DNA from: Antedon mediterranea
Taxonomy: Eukaryota > Animalia > Echinodermata
Assembly: GCF_964355755.1 (NCBI RefSeq)
Contig: NC_092678.1
Span: 11,716,352 to 11,780,351, forward strand
Reading direction: 5' to 3'
Length of the DNA stretch: 64,000 bases
Shown: piece after piece, positions 1 through 13,235 of the stretch
How the letters are laid out: each line of letters begins with the position of its first letter
How positions within the stretch are numbered: position 1 is the stretch's first letter
Position numbers and translations under genes: made by a program
Notes under the pieces: model-generated
Seen by the model: the letters and a program-made list of their open reading frames with translations, nothing else
What the model was told of the DNA's origin: nothing
Database searches by the model: none

Positions 1-59
1 GTCAAAATTGATTACTATTTTTGATACTATTAATAATAAGTTAAAGCAGGAGGCCAAAC

Positions 60-850
60 TAGAACGGGATATGACCGGTTGGGCCGCCGACAAGTTGAGC
101 CGCCGGTGATTTCTATGAAACGCCCAGTGCATGCCTCTTTTACGACATTTCGCGTAGTGATTAGGATGTTGTCCTAGAGTACAAGTTCATGGTCTTGGTT
201 TATTGTGTCATGAAAATAAATAATATATAATTACATAGGCCTATTACAATTAACACAGCAAGCAAAGGAAAGTAGTAATAACTAATATTTAATAATTTAA
301 TTGTTTTTAATCTTTCGAGGAAAGAATTCAGTGCACTCATAATTTTTCTCGCGTGTAGGCCTACCACGTACTAATTAATAGAGTATTAACATTTTTTCGA
401 ATGAGGTTAAATAAATATTATTTTTTATTTACTAATCTTTTAATATCATATTTTATTGAATTTTAAAATGTTAATACACAAAATATTTTACTAAAAAACG
501 TGATTTTATGTAATTATTTTACCGAAAAATGGAGTAGGCCTAGGCTCTAGCCTACAACTACAAACAACTGCCGACTGAATGAGGGGCAACATGTTTACAT
601 CATTTTTGGCTAAAAACATCACTGTATTTTGGAATCTACAAGCCAGATTTTCATAATTATTTCTTTAATTATAATATTTAATAATATATATACTAAAAAC
701 CATGATATATAAACGTTTGAATGTACATCGTTATCCCTAACATAAATTGAACGAGCACCGGCGAAAGTTAGCATTTGGCGTTCCATAGAAAATAACGTTT
801 TTCTGGCGGCGGCTCAACTTGTCGGCGGCTCAACTTGGCCTAATCCACTA
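60..850. mobile_element. Non-autonomous DNA transposon (MITE-like) with imperfect terminal inverted repeats
   Basis: GCCGCCGACAAGTTGAGCCGCC...TTTCTATGAAACGCC near 83-124 is mirrored by GGCGTTCCATAGAAA...GGCGGCTCAACTTGTCGGCGGC near 777-830. CTAGAAC occurs at both ends. Confidence 0.65.
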
Positions 851-865
851 GAACCTGGCTATTAA

Positions 866-1250
866 ATGTTATGCAACTGACGGTATGTTTTGATCCATGG
901 AGTTAGGCTTTCATATTGAAAACAAGGTTACGCTATAATAATGTTATGCAACTGACGGTATGTTTACATCCATGGAGTTAGGCTTTCATATTGAAAGCAA
1001 GGTTACACTATAATAATGTAATGTAACTGAAAAGTATTCAGATTCGAATATCAAATGCTTTCATTACAAACTGAAGTGAAACAGGCGGTGTGCAAAAGTA
1101 AATAGATTAAAGGTCAAAATCATTGATGCATGACTATCGTATCATAAACATATTACACTATATCATCACATCTTGTATCTTGAGCTGTCGTAACAAACAA
1201 AAGATCAATGTCATAAGAGATGGCTTCCACTAATCTTTTACTGGTTCAAG
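866..1250 (+). repeat. Dispersed repeat with an internal duplication of about 76 bp; related copy at about 52700-53020
   Basis: Shares GATCCATGGAGTTA.GCTTTC.TATTG, CTTGAGCTG.CGTAAC and GGCTTCCACTAATCTTT..CTGGTTCA with 52700-53020. Confidence 0.65.
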
Positions 1251-1293
1251 AATATACATAGGTGTGAACAGGCCTAATACTACTTTAGTTTAC

Positions 1294-4200
1294 CATTGCT
1301 TTGATGCCTTCAGGGTAGAGAAATCTGTTGTACAGTGTATCTACGGTGTCATTAGGATCAACATCAACCTCTTTCTGAAGAAGGATTGGTCCAGTGTCAA
1401 GACCATCATCAGCCCAAAAGACAGTGAACCCTGCCTTCTTATCTCCACACATCAATGTCCTAAAAGAAATTTGGAAAATTGACTATTCATGTGCACAACA
1501 TTTTTTTTTAATTATGAGAGTTTTTTCTCATTTTTATGTATATGTCTATAGTATAAATGAGGGTTTCTTGATTGCCTGTTTTGGGCAACTATTATTTAGT
1601 AAACAAAGCTAAATAAAAATATTAATAATCAATAGGACAGTCAACATATTAATGTTATCACCATTTTTATTCTATTAACAAATTAATAAATTATTTAAAT
1701 GTAATGCAGTAAATGATGATCAAATAAATAATTTTAAATTTTATTGAAAAATATGTTGGTGTTGCTGGTATCGGGATACTGTACGACAAGCATCTGCCAA
1801 TCTTTTAGCATAATGAGTTTAAAGAGAATGAGAATATTCAAATTATTGTACGTTTCTTGGTGGTACATATTATTTGACTTTCTTTTGTTTGGATAGCAAT
1901 AATAACAATGATAAAGATTACTTACCAAGCTTACTTACTAATAACTACTATTTTACATCTTACCAACCGCACTACAGTAACCATGTAACATTACAACATG
2001 ATGTAAAAATGTATGAAAAAAAAATTAACGTTTATACCTGCACTAAAGCCAACAAGATACCAAAACACATACCAATTGATTGCAGATGCACCCCTGTGTC
2101 TTGGAAGAAGAGATGGATGATAGATGATGGAGCCATGCTTTGGGAAATCAATCACATCCATTGGGATAAATTGAGAACAGAAAGGCATCACATTAATTTC
2201 AGCTCCACAACTTTTATATTCTTCAACAACATCAGCGATAGGTTGACCTTTGACTCTCCAGCGAGGATATTTAAAAACCTTTACTCCATCTTTCTCTGCA
2301 GATATTGCTGTAAATAAATTCAGGACATTATCTCACAATGTTGAACTGAAAATTGCACAGTATATATACAACAAATGTCTTTCAAAGTGTATTTAAATAT
2401 GGGCGGTTGGACTATACTCTGGTAAAATAATTCCATGCGAATCGTAGTCAAAATCAACACATCAATTTTAATCTCTTCTCTCCCATACCAAACACTTTGA
2501 CACGGGCTTTGACATCAAAGAGGTATTATAATATTAACCTTACTCAATTATATCAAGTATTAATATACAGCGTACTTTCCAATACAGGACATCCTCTAGG
2601 CTGGCCTAATAACAGAAAGTCTGGTATTCTGAATGGGTTTTTAATGGGAAAAAGAAAGCTTTGGGAGACTTTTTTATTTTCAGAAAGTTTATTGGGACTC
2701 TCATTTGTACAAACAATCCAAAATTGCAATATAAAAAACTTTATCTGTCATGCTGACAGGAAATGGCTGCTTAAAGAGATACCAATAATGCTTAGTACTG
2801 ATTAGATGGGTACAAGATAGGAACAACAATCATACTCTAGAATGAGTCCATGTCTACATGAACAGGGGTGGTTCAAGTGGTGTAGAACAGTTAAGGTTTA
2901 TCAGCTATTAAATAATAATATGACTTGCCAAGTGGATCAGGCTTTCCTTTGATATCTGGTACAGTGAACACACCAACAACCTCATGACCTTTGTTCTTCA
3001 GTAACTTGTAGACTTCTTCACCAAATTGACTTTGCCCAATAATTGCTACTCTCATCTGGGCCATCGTGTGCTGAAATTACAAAAAGACATGGTCAAAGAA
3101 CAAGAAAACCTCACACAAAACCATTTCTAAAAAGCGAACTTAGATCACTATCTAGTAGGTCCCCTAATGCACATGTACAAATGGTGACTTAGATCAGTAT
3201 CTAGTAGGTCCCCTAATGCACATGTACAAATGGTGAATTGTTGTTGTAGGTCTTATGTACTAAAGTTCTTGAATGCAGTTATGTTTACTTATTGTGTACT
3301 TAGGCAAGACACTTTCACAGACACCCATATATATCTATATCAGTTTTTGCTGCTTTTTTTTATCATTTTATATTAACAAAATAAATAAATTTATTAACAA
3401 TTTGGCATATAGCCCAAAAGGAAAACATGAGCAGAATGGCCCAACACAGAAGTGTGTTTAAATACATAAATAGACAACTGTCTAGTCTATAAAGTCATCA
3501 CTGGTAATTTTAATAGTTTTTGGCTTAAATGTTAAGGTCATATAATTAAATAAATAAAGCCAAATAATTAACAAAATTAAGTTTATTCATTTATTATTAA
3601 AAAATATTCAAAACCAATATTTCTTTTTTCATCATTGAAATGGTACTGTATGTAACAATACAATGATTTAATTAAAAGAACTTCCATATTTCATAATTAT
3701 TTATGAGGCGACAACTTAAAGATGCTGGTACATGTTAATTGTATTTTAGTTTCTATAGACAAAAATTGGTAAAAATTACTATATTTTATTTTTTTGTCCT
3801 CAATTGGTTGGCCCTGACTGTGTCGGAGTCTCGTATTAAGCTATACATACTGAGCTAGGTACAATACAGAATTATTTACACAATTTAAAACACCATAAAA
3901 GATTAGCAGTTATTTCATATGCTCTACTATAGGCTTGATTCTAAAACAAACAAAAAATAGTCATAGCATTTTAGGTAGTTCATAATAATTTAGACTACCA
4001 AGCCACACCATCTTTTAACTTTCCTCATGCTTGCACCTAAAGATCATGGGAAAGTAAACAAATTCAAAAAGTCACACATGATTTGAATTAAACCCCCGAT
4101 CGATTCCTAGCCACAATGGTCAAACAAATTGCCTTTAAACTTTGTATTGAACAAGATTACTACCGTATATCAAATGAGTCCTTTATCAACTGTGTAAGGA

Positions 4201-7200
4201 GCCACCAGCCGAGATTCCTTGGGCACATTCTCTGTCTGCCAGAGGAGGAGCCTGCAAGAACATAATTATGCCCTCTATATACCAACTCATGGGAAAAGGA
4301 GGCCTGGACGTTCTCGAAAATCTAATTTAGCCTACCGTATGTTCAACGTGTTCTAGGGTACGATGGAGGCATGATACAAGCTGAACAAATAGCCTCACTT
4401 GCCCAAGATTGAAGTGCTTGGAAAAGTCTTGTAATCGCCTGCTCCACAGCCGAAGGATAAATAGACCATATATCCTACGGTATAATCCCACTTCAGGTTT
4501 AATCCCACCCGGGATCCCACCCCTACTTTATGTCTGATTTCACAAACAGGCATACCTCCAGGTTTAGTCCCAGTATTGACTTTTGGTCTAGATGTAGGCC
4601 TCTCTATCTAGCCAGTTTAGATGAGTTTTTACAAGAAATGCTATAACAATAATTTATTTTCTGAACCAGGGTTTCCCCAGGTATAAACTCACATCCCAAA
4701 GTCGACCTAATTTCGTGTTCTAGGGGGGTGGGATTATACCAGAGGATATACGGTACTCTGAAAATGTGCATGCATAGTGGCATGGTTTGATTCTTGGATA
4801 CTTTAAACACTATTATAATAGGTCATGCATGCACATTTTCAGAGTACCTTATATCCTCTGCTATAACCCCACCCCACATAGAACACGAAATTAAGTCGAT
4901 TTTGGGGTGCGAGACTATACCTGGGGAAACCCTGGGTGGCCTTTGCCTTGCCCTCGGAACAATATATGAATCAATGCGTCTACTGTGTAGTAGAACAATG
5001 CATAAACCTGTCTGTTCATTAATGTAATTAATTAAAAATTCAATTTGCAATTTAAATAACCTGATCCGATATCACTTTACAAGTTGTGATAATCCCAAAT
5101 TAGTTTCAGTTAGGCCTCATTCATGCAACTGTAGTGTGTTACGCTTCTAACTATCTACAGTACTACTAGCTACTAGTATAGGCTAGGCCTACTAGGCCTA
5201 CCTAGAGTCTAGGGCCTAGGCTTTGGTTTGCTTATCTAGGCCTAACTAGGATTTCACCTTTCTACACGATATCTAGTATACTGTAAATAATGCAGCCGTA
5301 AAATATACACAAGCTATTTCAAAACAGTGCTTAATCGTTGGCAATATGATATAACCTTCACTGCAAACACAATCCAGTCCATCAGGGCTTGAGTGAGTTC
5401 GATTGATATATAACATGCACAACCTTCGACCGACAGTCTTGCCACGCCCACACCTCACCCACGTTCGCGTCCAATAGAAACACTCGTTGCATACGTTTCG
5501 GTGAAACCATGGAGGTTCCTCCTCCATGTGAAACAGTCATAATGAAACCGTCATAACTGGTATAATGCGGTTTTCCAGCTGAATTTAACTCATTTACGGC
5601 GCAATAATGTCCGTATATCATCGATCCAGGAGCAGTATACATTTTAAATACTGTACAATCTATTTTGTTAAAAGTATGAAAGTTTTGGTAACATTCTAAA
5701 CATTAATCTTGTACTGTACTATGAATTGATGCCATTTATTATAATAGTATTAATTATTAATATTATTTGACAATAAAAAAGACAATCAATATGCCTACGT
5801 TTATTATCGTATTGTACAGTATTATCGAGTAGGCTTAAGTATGGAAATTGTAAAAAAATACTTCAAATTTTGACATCACATTTTATAAACAAAGTGACTC
5901 GTTTGACACTTATTACGGACCACACCAGAGGAAATACATATCAGCCTTGCAGCGGATTATCTACTTGATCAATGAAGCATTCACTTTTTCCAGGGAAATT
6001 GCCACGTGTCTTCCATATTTGGAACATGTCTGTTGCATCATTCACGAACCAGCACCATATTTGGAACAAAGGTCAATCTACTGCATATCATTGGCTGTGA
6101 CATATGTTGAGGTACAATGAGTAGATTTTATAGTGATTATCCATTCAATTCTACATAACAAATTTGATATTCTGACATTTTATAAATAATAAACCAATTT
6201 TTTAAATTATTAAAATACAAAAACATGAACAAGGAAGATTAATTAAATCAGACTTTGAATAGGATTTTTTGTAGTTTTAATAAAGTTAATCACTTCTGTA
6301 GAAAGAAAAATGTTTTCACTATAAAATGACAAAATAAATGGTAATACATCTGGACAAGACTTATTGCATTAAATAATAATAATAATAGCAATAATAGCAC
6401 TACTAATAACTAATTAATGAATAAGTTATTACATATTATAAATGATCTCTATGATTGAATATTTGCATTGTATTTTAAAAGTTAACAGTTTATAATTTGT
6501 TTTTGTTTCATTTATTTTTGTTTTGTGTTATGGATATGTCTTCTTGTTTTGTGTTATGGATATGTCTTCTTGTTTTGTGTCTTCTTGTTTTGAATGTTAT
6601 GAAAATTTATTACACTATTTCTATTCTATGGATTATATTTTGGAGAAAAATTAATGAATTATTTATTTGAATGAATAAAATATACATGAATACCAGGCTT
6701 TGAAGACCATAGCTTGGAAGACCAATGCAGTTAGGCCTATACAAACAAATCATAAAGATAAAAATAAGATACTAAAACTGACATGATTAAACAATCCAAC
6801 ATAAAATATTTGTTATTTCCACATTTAAATTTATATACTGTACAAATCTACAGCACCAAAAATACTGGTTATGGATTATTTATTAATTGTTCTACAGTGT
6901 TTTAAACTTAACTTAACTTAAACTTAATCACAAAATGTAACATCTTGTCTACTAACTAGCAACTATTCAACAAAATCATCCATTTGTGACAATTCATTGC
7001 CCTTCTTGACGAATAGTGAGTACATCACTGTCTGATCTTACATGCTTCAAAACCTGAAAAACAGCTAATCATTACATTCATTTTCTGGTGAAAAAAAGCT
7101 TTTCATTGAATTCTGAAAACTGATCATCACAGTACAGCCTCAATTGAAAGAAATACTTCTTTGTATCTGACTTGGGTTTGTGAATTATTATTCTATATAG

Positions 7201-7606
7201 GCCAATATAGCATTTGCTAGTACATAGTACAGGTAGGCCTACACACTACTTTACTAGCTAGCTGGGCCTACTACTTACTAGCTAGGTGTCAACCTATCCC
7301 ATCCATTATTCTAACTAAGCTTTACCCTTACTTCTATTCTTTCTAGGCTATAGTAGTACTCAAGTAGTAGCCCTATCTATGGCCTATATATAGACCTAGC
7401 CTAGATCCTAGGTCTAGCTCAGACCAGGCCTAAAATTCAAGTTAAGCCTAGGCCTATAGTATGTATAGGGTTAGAGCATATGATGATGACCTTTCTAGGC
7501 AACCAACCCCACACGATGTAGCCTAGGCCCTAGGCCTAGGCCAAATAATAATCATACTTACAGCAGATGTTGTAAACCTTCGTACAAATCGATTTGCTGC
7601 AAGCAT
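1294..7606 (-). CDS. ALDH1L1: 10-formyltetrahydrofolate dehydrogenase (ALDH1L1/ALDH1L2 family), 5' exons only; gene continues beyond the left edge
   Basis: Exons 7606-7562 ([15 protein letters not shown], putative transit peptide), 3070-2929 ([24 protein letters not shown]...PDPL), 2307-2073 (AISAEKDG...PFCSQFIPM...[21 protein letters not shown]) and 1459-1294 ([30 protein letters not shown]...[14 protein letters not shown]). Formyltransferase/hydrolase motifs HPSLLP and DDGLDTG are present and splice phases 0/1/2/0 join cleanly. An internal ATG at 3064 would give the cytosolic-type N-terminus. Confidence 0.95.
4170..4460 (+). mobile_element. Degenerate RTE-like LINE 3' fragment
   Basis: Broken translation RFLGHIL...GKRRPGR...AQD*SAWKSLV resembles the RT C-terminus of RTE-clade elements. 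Contains stops and frameshifts. Confidence 0.55.
4467..4935. mobile_element. Small Tc1/mariner-type MITE (about 4467-4755) plus a partial second copy (4845-4935)
   Basis: CC.TATATCCT..GGTATAATCCCAC is mirrored by GTGGGATTATACCAGAGGATATACGGTA. Bases 4845-4935 are an inverted copy of 4665-4755. Confidence 0.55.
5258..5480 (-). promoter_or_regulatory. Putative proximal promoter and non-coding first exon of the ALDH1L gene
   Basis: CCAAT at 5471-5475, GC-box-like GCCACGCCCA at 5441-5450, TATATA at about 5407-5412, donor AAG|GTGAAA at 5258/5257, followed by a TAGGCCTA cluster. No ATG is in frame with the downstream exon. Confidence 0.5.
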
Positions 7607-7835
7607 TTTATGTTAAACCTTAAAATAAGGAACTTGATTATCTGAAACCCCTTCAGATTCTTCAATCTATCTTGTCGCCGCCTGTCTGGCTGACCAAAAC
7701 TGGCTCCTTTTTCCACATCGAGTAAATAATTATTATGTATCACAGTACAACACACAGGCACACTCTACACAGCCAAAAGTATATTAAAGCTAATTGCCTA
7801 TTGGCCAGACCTATATTGCATTCATCCAATGAGAA
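7607..7835 (-). promoter_or_regulatory. Putative distal promoter/5' UTR of the ALDH1L gene
   Basis: Two CCAAT boxes (ATTGG 7800-7804, CCAAT 7826-7830) lie upstream of the AAA-ATG at 7606 and the GTAAGT donor at 7561. Confidence 0.5.
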
Positions 7836-9829
7836 TGAATGAATGATTAACTGTAACTTTGCGACGATGCTCTTACTTTTTGACATGGCTGGCTTACTTC
7901 GATGGCTTTTGAACCGGATATGAGGATATGTTCAATGCAAGTATTATAACACTACTCAGTTGCGCCGAAAAAACCACGAAAACAAATATTTGTTCACTTA
8001 CAAAAAAATCAAATTAGATACCGGTACCGTTTTTTAAACTCTTTATAAAGCGTGGTAATTCCCACTAGAACGCAACGCAACGTAACGCAGCGACGTATCA
8101 ACAGAGCCCTTATATTTTTTCAAAATGTTTTTAGCTCAGCCCCATGATAGGACTGGTACTGGAAACTTCCATATCTTATTTCATATATTTCGAACTAAAA
8201 TAAGTGCATTTTCCGGGGACCTAACAGAAGTTGGCTTAGCTCATATATACGACGTGTCCCCTGAATAAGGGTGTCCCAAAGTAGGGGCTCTACTGTAGCT
8301 ATACTATTTTATTATAATTACATCATCACAATTTCTTAAAATCTACTTATTTCGCTTAATTTTTCTCTTTTCAGTCATAGTCATATCATGATCAATACAA
8401 TTTGTATATAATCTTGACTTCACAACAACAGCCTGCTCTCCTCTCCAGATGTAGTCTGAACGCATTTATAATGTTGTTCTAAGACATCTATTCTTTCTTG
8501 AAAAATTCATATACGTACAGTAACACATGTTATCGGACGTGCGTTCTTTCTACCCAGCTCCCGATTCACGTTTTCTGCAAATTTATCAATTAATCTCTGC
8601 TAGACATTTGCTATTAACAAATATATACTTTAATAGAAATGTATATGAAATAATTAAGCCTCAGAAATTTTTGTTTTCCGAGGTAGGCCTACTTTGATTG
8701 CTTTGTTGGCAAATATGTAAAAGTGGCAGGAAACGTCTAAAAAATCCTTTTATTATAGAATCTAAAAGAAAATATTTATAATTTTTACGACAAAAGTATG
8801 GATTTGCTAGAGTGGATCACAATTTGTTACAACATTCATTTCTAAAAGTAGCCACCTTTTTAGTTTACAAAAGTAATCTCGATTGCGTCCTAAAAGGACC
8901 CATAGGATTCTTTTCGTGGGTTTACGGTATCATTTCTGGGGGTGGATCCAAATATTTTCTAAAGGGGATCCAGAAAAAAAGGGATCAATTTTTTAAATAT
9001 TATAGGCCTACTCTCTTAATGTACGGTAAACGAGTGATATATTTCCACTCCAAATTTAGAGTGAACTGATCTTGAATGAGTGGTAATCCACTCCAATTTG
9101 AGCGACTGCCATAATTATTAAGCATAAAACGTACAACTCCTTCCAACGAGTGTGCATTTGTATTCCCGCTCGAACTGTAAACACCCACCACTCGACTCCC
9201 CCCGGGATCGATCGGAGTGAAAACTTTTGATCGAGGCAGCCAATCAAATGCAAGCATTTCATAACTTTTCATCGTCTTTCGCGCGCGCGCCCGGGCTGGC
9301 CCCGCCGCCCGGCGGCCGATTGACTGTTTCTCTCTCTTTTTTCTCCGCCCCCCCCCCCCCCCCATTCACTTTATTCAACCACTCTTTATTAATTATAGGC
9401 CTAGCCTAGGCCTACCTAGACCCGGATAGGCTACACACATGATATTTACAAATTTCACTTAAAATAAAACTGTTTTTTTTTTGTGGCCGTAACGAACATG
9501 CGCATGGGCCGGTTGGCCCTCTGCTGCGGCCTTATTATTTACTAGGCCTAGGCCCTCCTCTAACTCTAGGAGCCTATTCTAGACCTAGCCTATTCTAGTA
9601 GGCTTATGCCTAGCTAGGTAGGATACTATATTCTGATAAAATTATATCATGTTTCTGAATGATTATTTTAAGAGTAAAATGGTATTAATTTATACACATT
9701 CAAGTTTACTTTGATTCTGTGAATCATTTCTCATACTACATAGGATATAAAATAAATATTTAACAAAATAAATTTCAGAAAATTTTAGGTTGATTAGCCT
9801 AGGCAGTAGTAATAATTTCAATGTTTCAG

Positions 9830-12800
9830 ATTAACTTGGAATTTGAACTGATGTATTCAGGATGTGGATTCAAAATGTTAATCAAATGAAAGCCATATTT
9901 ATTACCATCCCAGGGCGTCAGGGAATATACTCTTCCTTGTTTATACATCGATATCAAACATTACATTGTAAAGTGTATTGATTGATTAAAAAAATATACA
10001 ATAATCTTAGTACATTTTAAATAAAAAGATGGTTTACAAAATGCTAAAAACAGAAATAAGCAATTACTGTAACTTTAAGTGCATTTACTGTTTTTGCAGA
10101 TGATCTGGATGTGTTCAGAAAAATTACCATCAATATCAAGAGGTGGGAAAAGCAAAGTCTACGATGCTTTTCATTACATTGTACAACACAAGCCAGTGAG
10201 TACTTGTTAAACGTTTTTATAATTCCATCATTAAATTGCAATAGATCTATATAAAATTCGTGTTTCATTCTTTGTAAAATACTCTTAGTATATGAAAATA
10301 TTATATCTCAAAACTGAAACACAGTATGTGATTATACATTAAATGAGCCCCAATAAAATTTCATCTTCTCCTTTACTTCTCAAGATCACTGTTGCATAAA
10401 ATACCCTTTTCACAGCAGCATAATTTTGTATCTGGAGATCAAACCTGGTTAAAAATTTTCTATTTTCTGCATATGTGGAAGTTAAATAAGAAAAGAAGGA
10501 AGGCAACTGGGAAATGCCTTTAGCTCACATATTTTGTAAACTTGTAATGTGCAGTATACCAAATTGAAATTCAAACCATCTGATCAAAAACAAGCGTGCA
10601 TTATTGATCAGTATATTAACAAAGTGATTAAAGATACAAAATTGTAGCGTTTATTATGTGATAAATAATAGACTAAAGTACCTTTTGAGTATCGGAGGAT
10701 TTGTGATAAATTCATATTTTGTTAGCTTTTTATACTGTATTTTTATATTTTTCAGGCTGGGACAGATGTTGACAGCGTTGCATCAGGAAAATCCAGACTG
10801 GGATCCAGTCAAGTCGCCCCATCGCAAAGTCGCCCCATACAAAGTCGCCCAATACAAAGTCGCCCCATCGCAAAGTCGCCCCAAAACAAAGTCGCCCCAA
10901 AACAAAGTCGCCCGCCCCGGCACAGTCGCCCCATTACAAAGTCGCCCCATCGCAAAGTCGCCCCAACGCAAAGTCGCCCTATCGCAAAGTCGCCCCAACG
11001 CAAAGTCGCCCCATCACAAAGTCGCCCACGGTTTTATTTCGGAAGTGCCGCCGCTAGTAGTACGCTGTTTTAATCATATAGCGGTTGCGTTTGATATCGA
11101 TTGCGTTGTTACTTTGGTCGCGCTAAATGTCGTATACATTATAATGTTTATCCTATTATATACATAATTTGTGTTTTAATTTTTATTTTACAGGTTTTAA
11201 TGGAGTGATGTGCTTTTTAAAAATCATTAAAAAATAGTCCCTTGTTTGAAAGTTCTAAAAAGATTTCGAAAAGATTATCCCTGATTTATAGTTTCGAAAA
11301 TGTTAATTTAATATGATTTTAAAATTAGTTACCAGAGCCACAATTACGAATCTTTCTTCAACCTACGCGTGGATACCAGCTCATTTTTTAGGATAATATA
11401 ATAAGTGTATAAATAGTAGGCCTTCGTATATTTACAGTAGTTAAAACAATAACAGCGTTGTAAGACAATAAATGTTATATAGGCTACTTATTGATCATTT
11501 TGCATTTATTGACAAGTTATGTGTCTATAGTTATTTAATTTTAATTATGACTTTTCAAAATGAAGAAATAAAAAAAAAGGGGATGTCTTCGCCGATATGA
11601 TCGTTTTACACATGCAGGTATTTTAGTAAAATTAAAACGCTAAATTTTGACCATGGAAAAACCATCGTACAGTATGATTATCGTGTGCGTGTTTTTTAAA
11701 AAGGGGAATCCCCGACGGGCAGCAGAAAGACGTAGCAGCTGTGAGAAGGAAACAGATACCAGAAGGAGCAGCTCCGATTGGTTTCAGAGAATGTTTCAGA
11801 TTGCGAGTCGCTTTTTATTTAACAGCAGAATGATCATTTTACTGAAGAAATTCTTTTCAACCCTTTTGGTTATAGAACATTCTAATTATCATGCCTAATA
11901 AATATCCTCATATCGGGTGTTTATTTAATTTTAATAAACAAGACAGTGAAGAGGCACGGAATAATACGTACACGGACGTACGACGAATACACACATGCAC
12001 GTCATCATTTACGACATAATATAGTGGCGATATGATGCAATTTTATAATGGATATAATGATGGGATTGCATTTCCAGGCTTATAATCAATGTTCATTGTA
12101 ATACTATGTATATAATAGTAAACTGAATGTTTATAAATAAATTGTTTTACCTAATTTGTTGCATATAAAAAATAAAAGACACAGACGTAGCCTACGTTCC
12201 CTATAAAATATTTCACATTTAAATTTATGTACTGTTAAATGACATTATGCTGAATAATAGGCTTACTATAATCTTAAACTATGTTTACAAATTGTCATTT
12301 TTAAGGCACACATCTTTCTCTCATCATAGACCTCAGTGTAAAATAAAAACAAAAATCAATTATTAATATAGGCCTAATAATAATAAATATTCATCGACCA
12401 AAGTAAAAATAATCTAGATCGTATAACATCATTTTATCGCGACCAAAATTAAACGCCACCGATTTCGAACGCGACTGATATCATCGTAAAACTCCGACGG
12501 GGTTTCCCCATCTTCAGATGGTGCGTTGTAGTGCGACAACGGCGGAGTAATTACGGGGGTTTCCCTCTGGTGAGAGCTAGCACGTTAGTGCGACCGCGGA
12601 GTGATTAGTTGGGGCTTCCTCTCTGATGATTGGGGAGCGTGCCCATCGTGTGACCTGAGACTACATGGCGGGGCTTCCCCTTTTATGCCTACACGTTCCG
12701 TGTTATTTTGTGTATCATTGCGACATTTTACGCACTTTTAAACTATTTTTTAACGTTTTGGGGCGACTTTGCGATGGGGCGACTTTGTGTTGGGGCGACT

Positions 12801-13235
12801 TTGCGATGGGGCGACTTTGCTTGGGGCGACTTTGCAATGGGGCGACTGTGTCAGGGCGACTTTGTTTTGGGGCGACTTTGCGATGGGGTGACTGTGTATG
12901 GGGCGACTTTGTATGGGGCGACTTTGCGATGGGGCGACTTGACTAGCATCCGACCAGACATATGCACAGCCATTTATCCTTGCATTGGGTGATGTTAAAG
13001 AACCTACAGAGTTTTTTATTATTGTTGATGCAACATCTATTCCTGGTGGTAACACAATTGTTCAGGCAATTGATCGACTTTTTAAAATTCATTATATATT
13101 TAATGTCCATTTGCCAGTCCGCTTGTGACCTTTTTCAATTTCTTTGAAGGTCTCTTATATAGTTACGAAATTACAACAAACATCAAACCAACTGTTAGGG
13201 AGTTATATTCCCATTTTATTCGCGATGATGAGTAA
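9830..13235 (+). pseudogene. Spliced remnant of a CACTA-associated accessory (TNPA/SAMD3-like) ORF
   Basis: Exon from 9830 reads INLEFELMYSGCGFKMLIK*KPYLLP (TGA at 9887). Exon 10100-10195 ends ...LPSISRGGKSKVYDAFHYIVQHKP|gtgagt. Exon from 10756 reads AGTDVDSVASGK [insertion] QTYAQPFILALG...FFIIVD...AIDRLFKIHYIFNVH (frameshift) ...FFNFFEGLLY...KPTVRELY...TAA at 13235. The family assignment is from remembered motifs. Confidence 0.55.
10801..12951. mobile_element. Foldback/MULE-like non-autonomous DNA transposon with tandem-repeat TIRs
   Basis: Left arm 10807-11029 is a tandem of 16-17-bp AAAGTCGCCCCATCGC units. Right arm 12760-12945 is the inverted array. Termini GGATCCAGTCAAG / CTTGACTAGCATCC, with a degenerate flanking direct repeat around CCAGAC. 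Confidence 0.85.

Noticed and set aside
9000-9409. GC-rich ORFs (121 aa minus, 60 aa plus)
   Set aside because: Low-complexity poly-G/C promoter-like sequence inside the CACTA remnant, with no domain signal.
10658-13055. Several ORFs of 64-169 aa with repetitive KVAP/GRLC/WGDF peptides
   Set aside because: They are translations of the 16-17-bp tandem TIR arrays of the foldback element, open in many frames on both strands.
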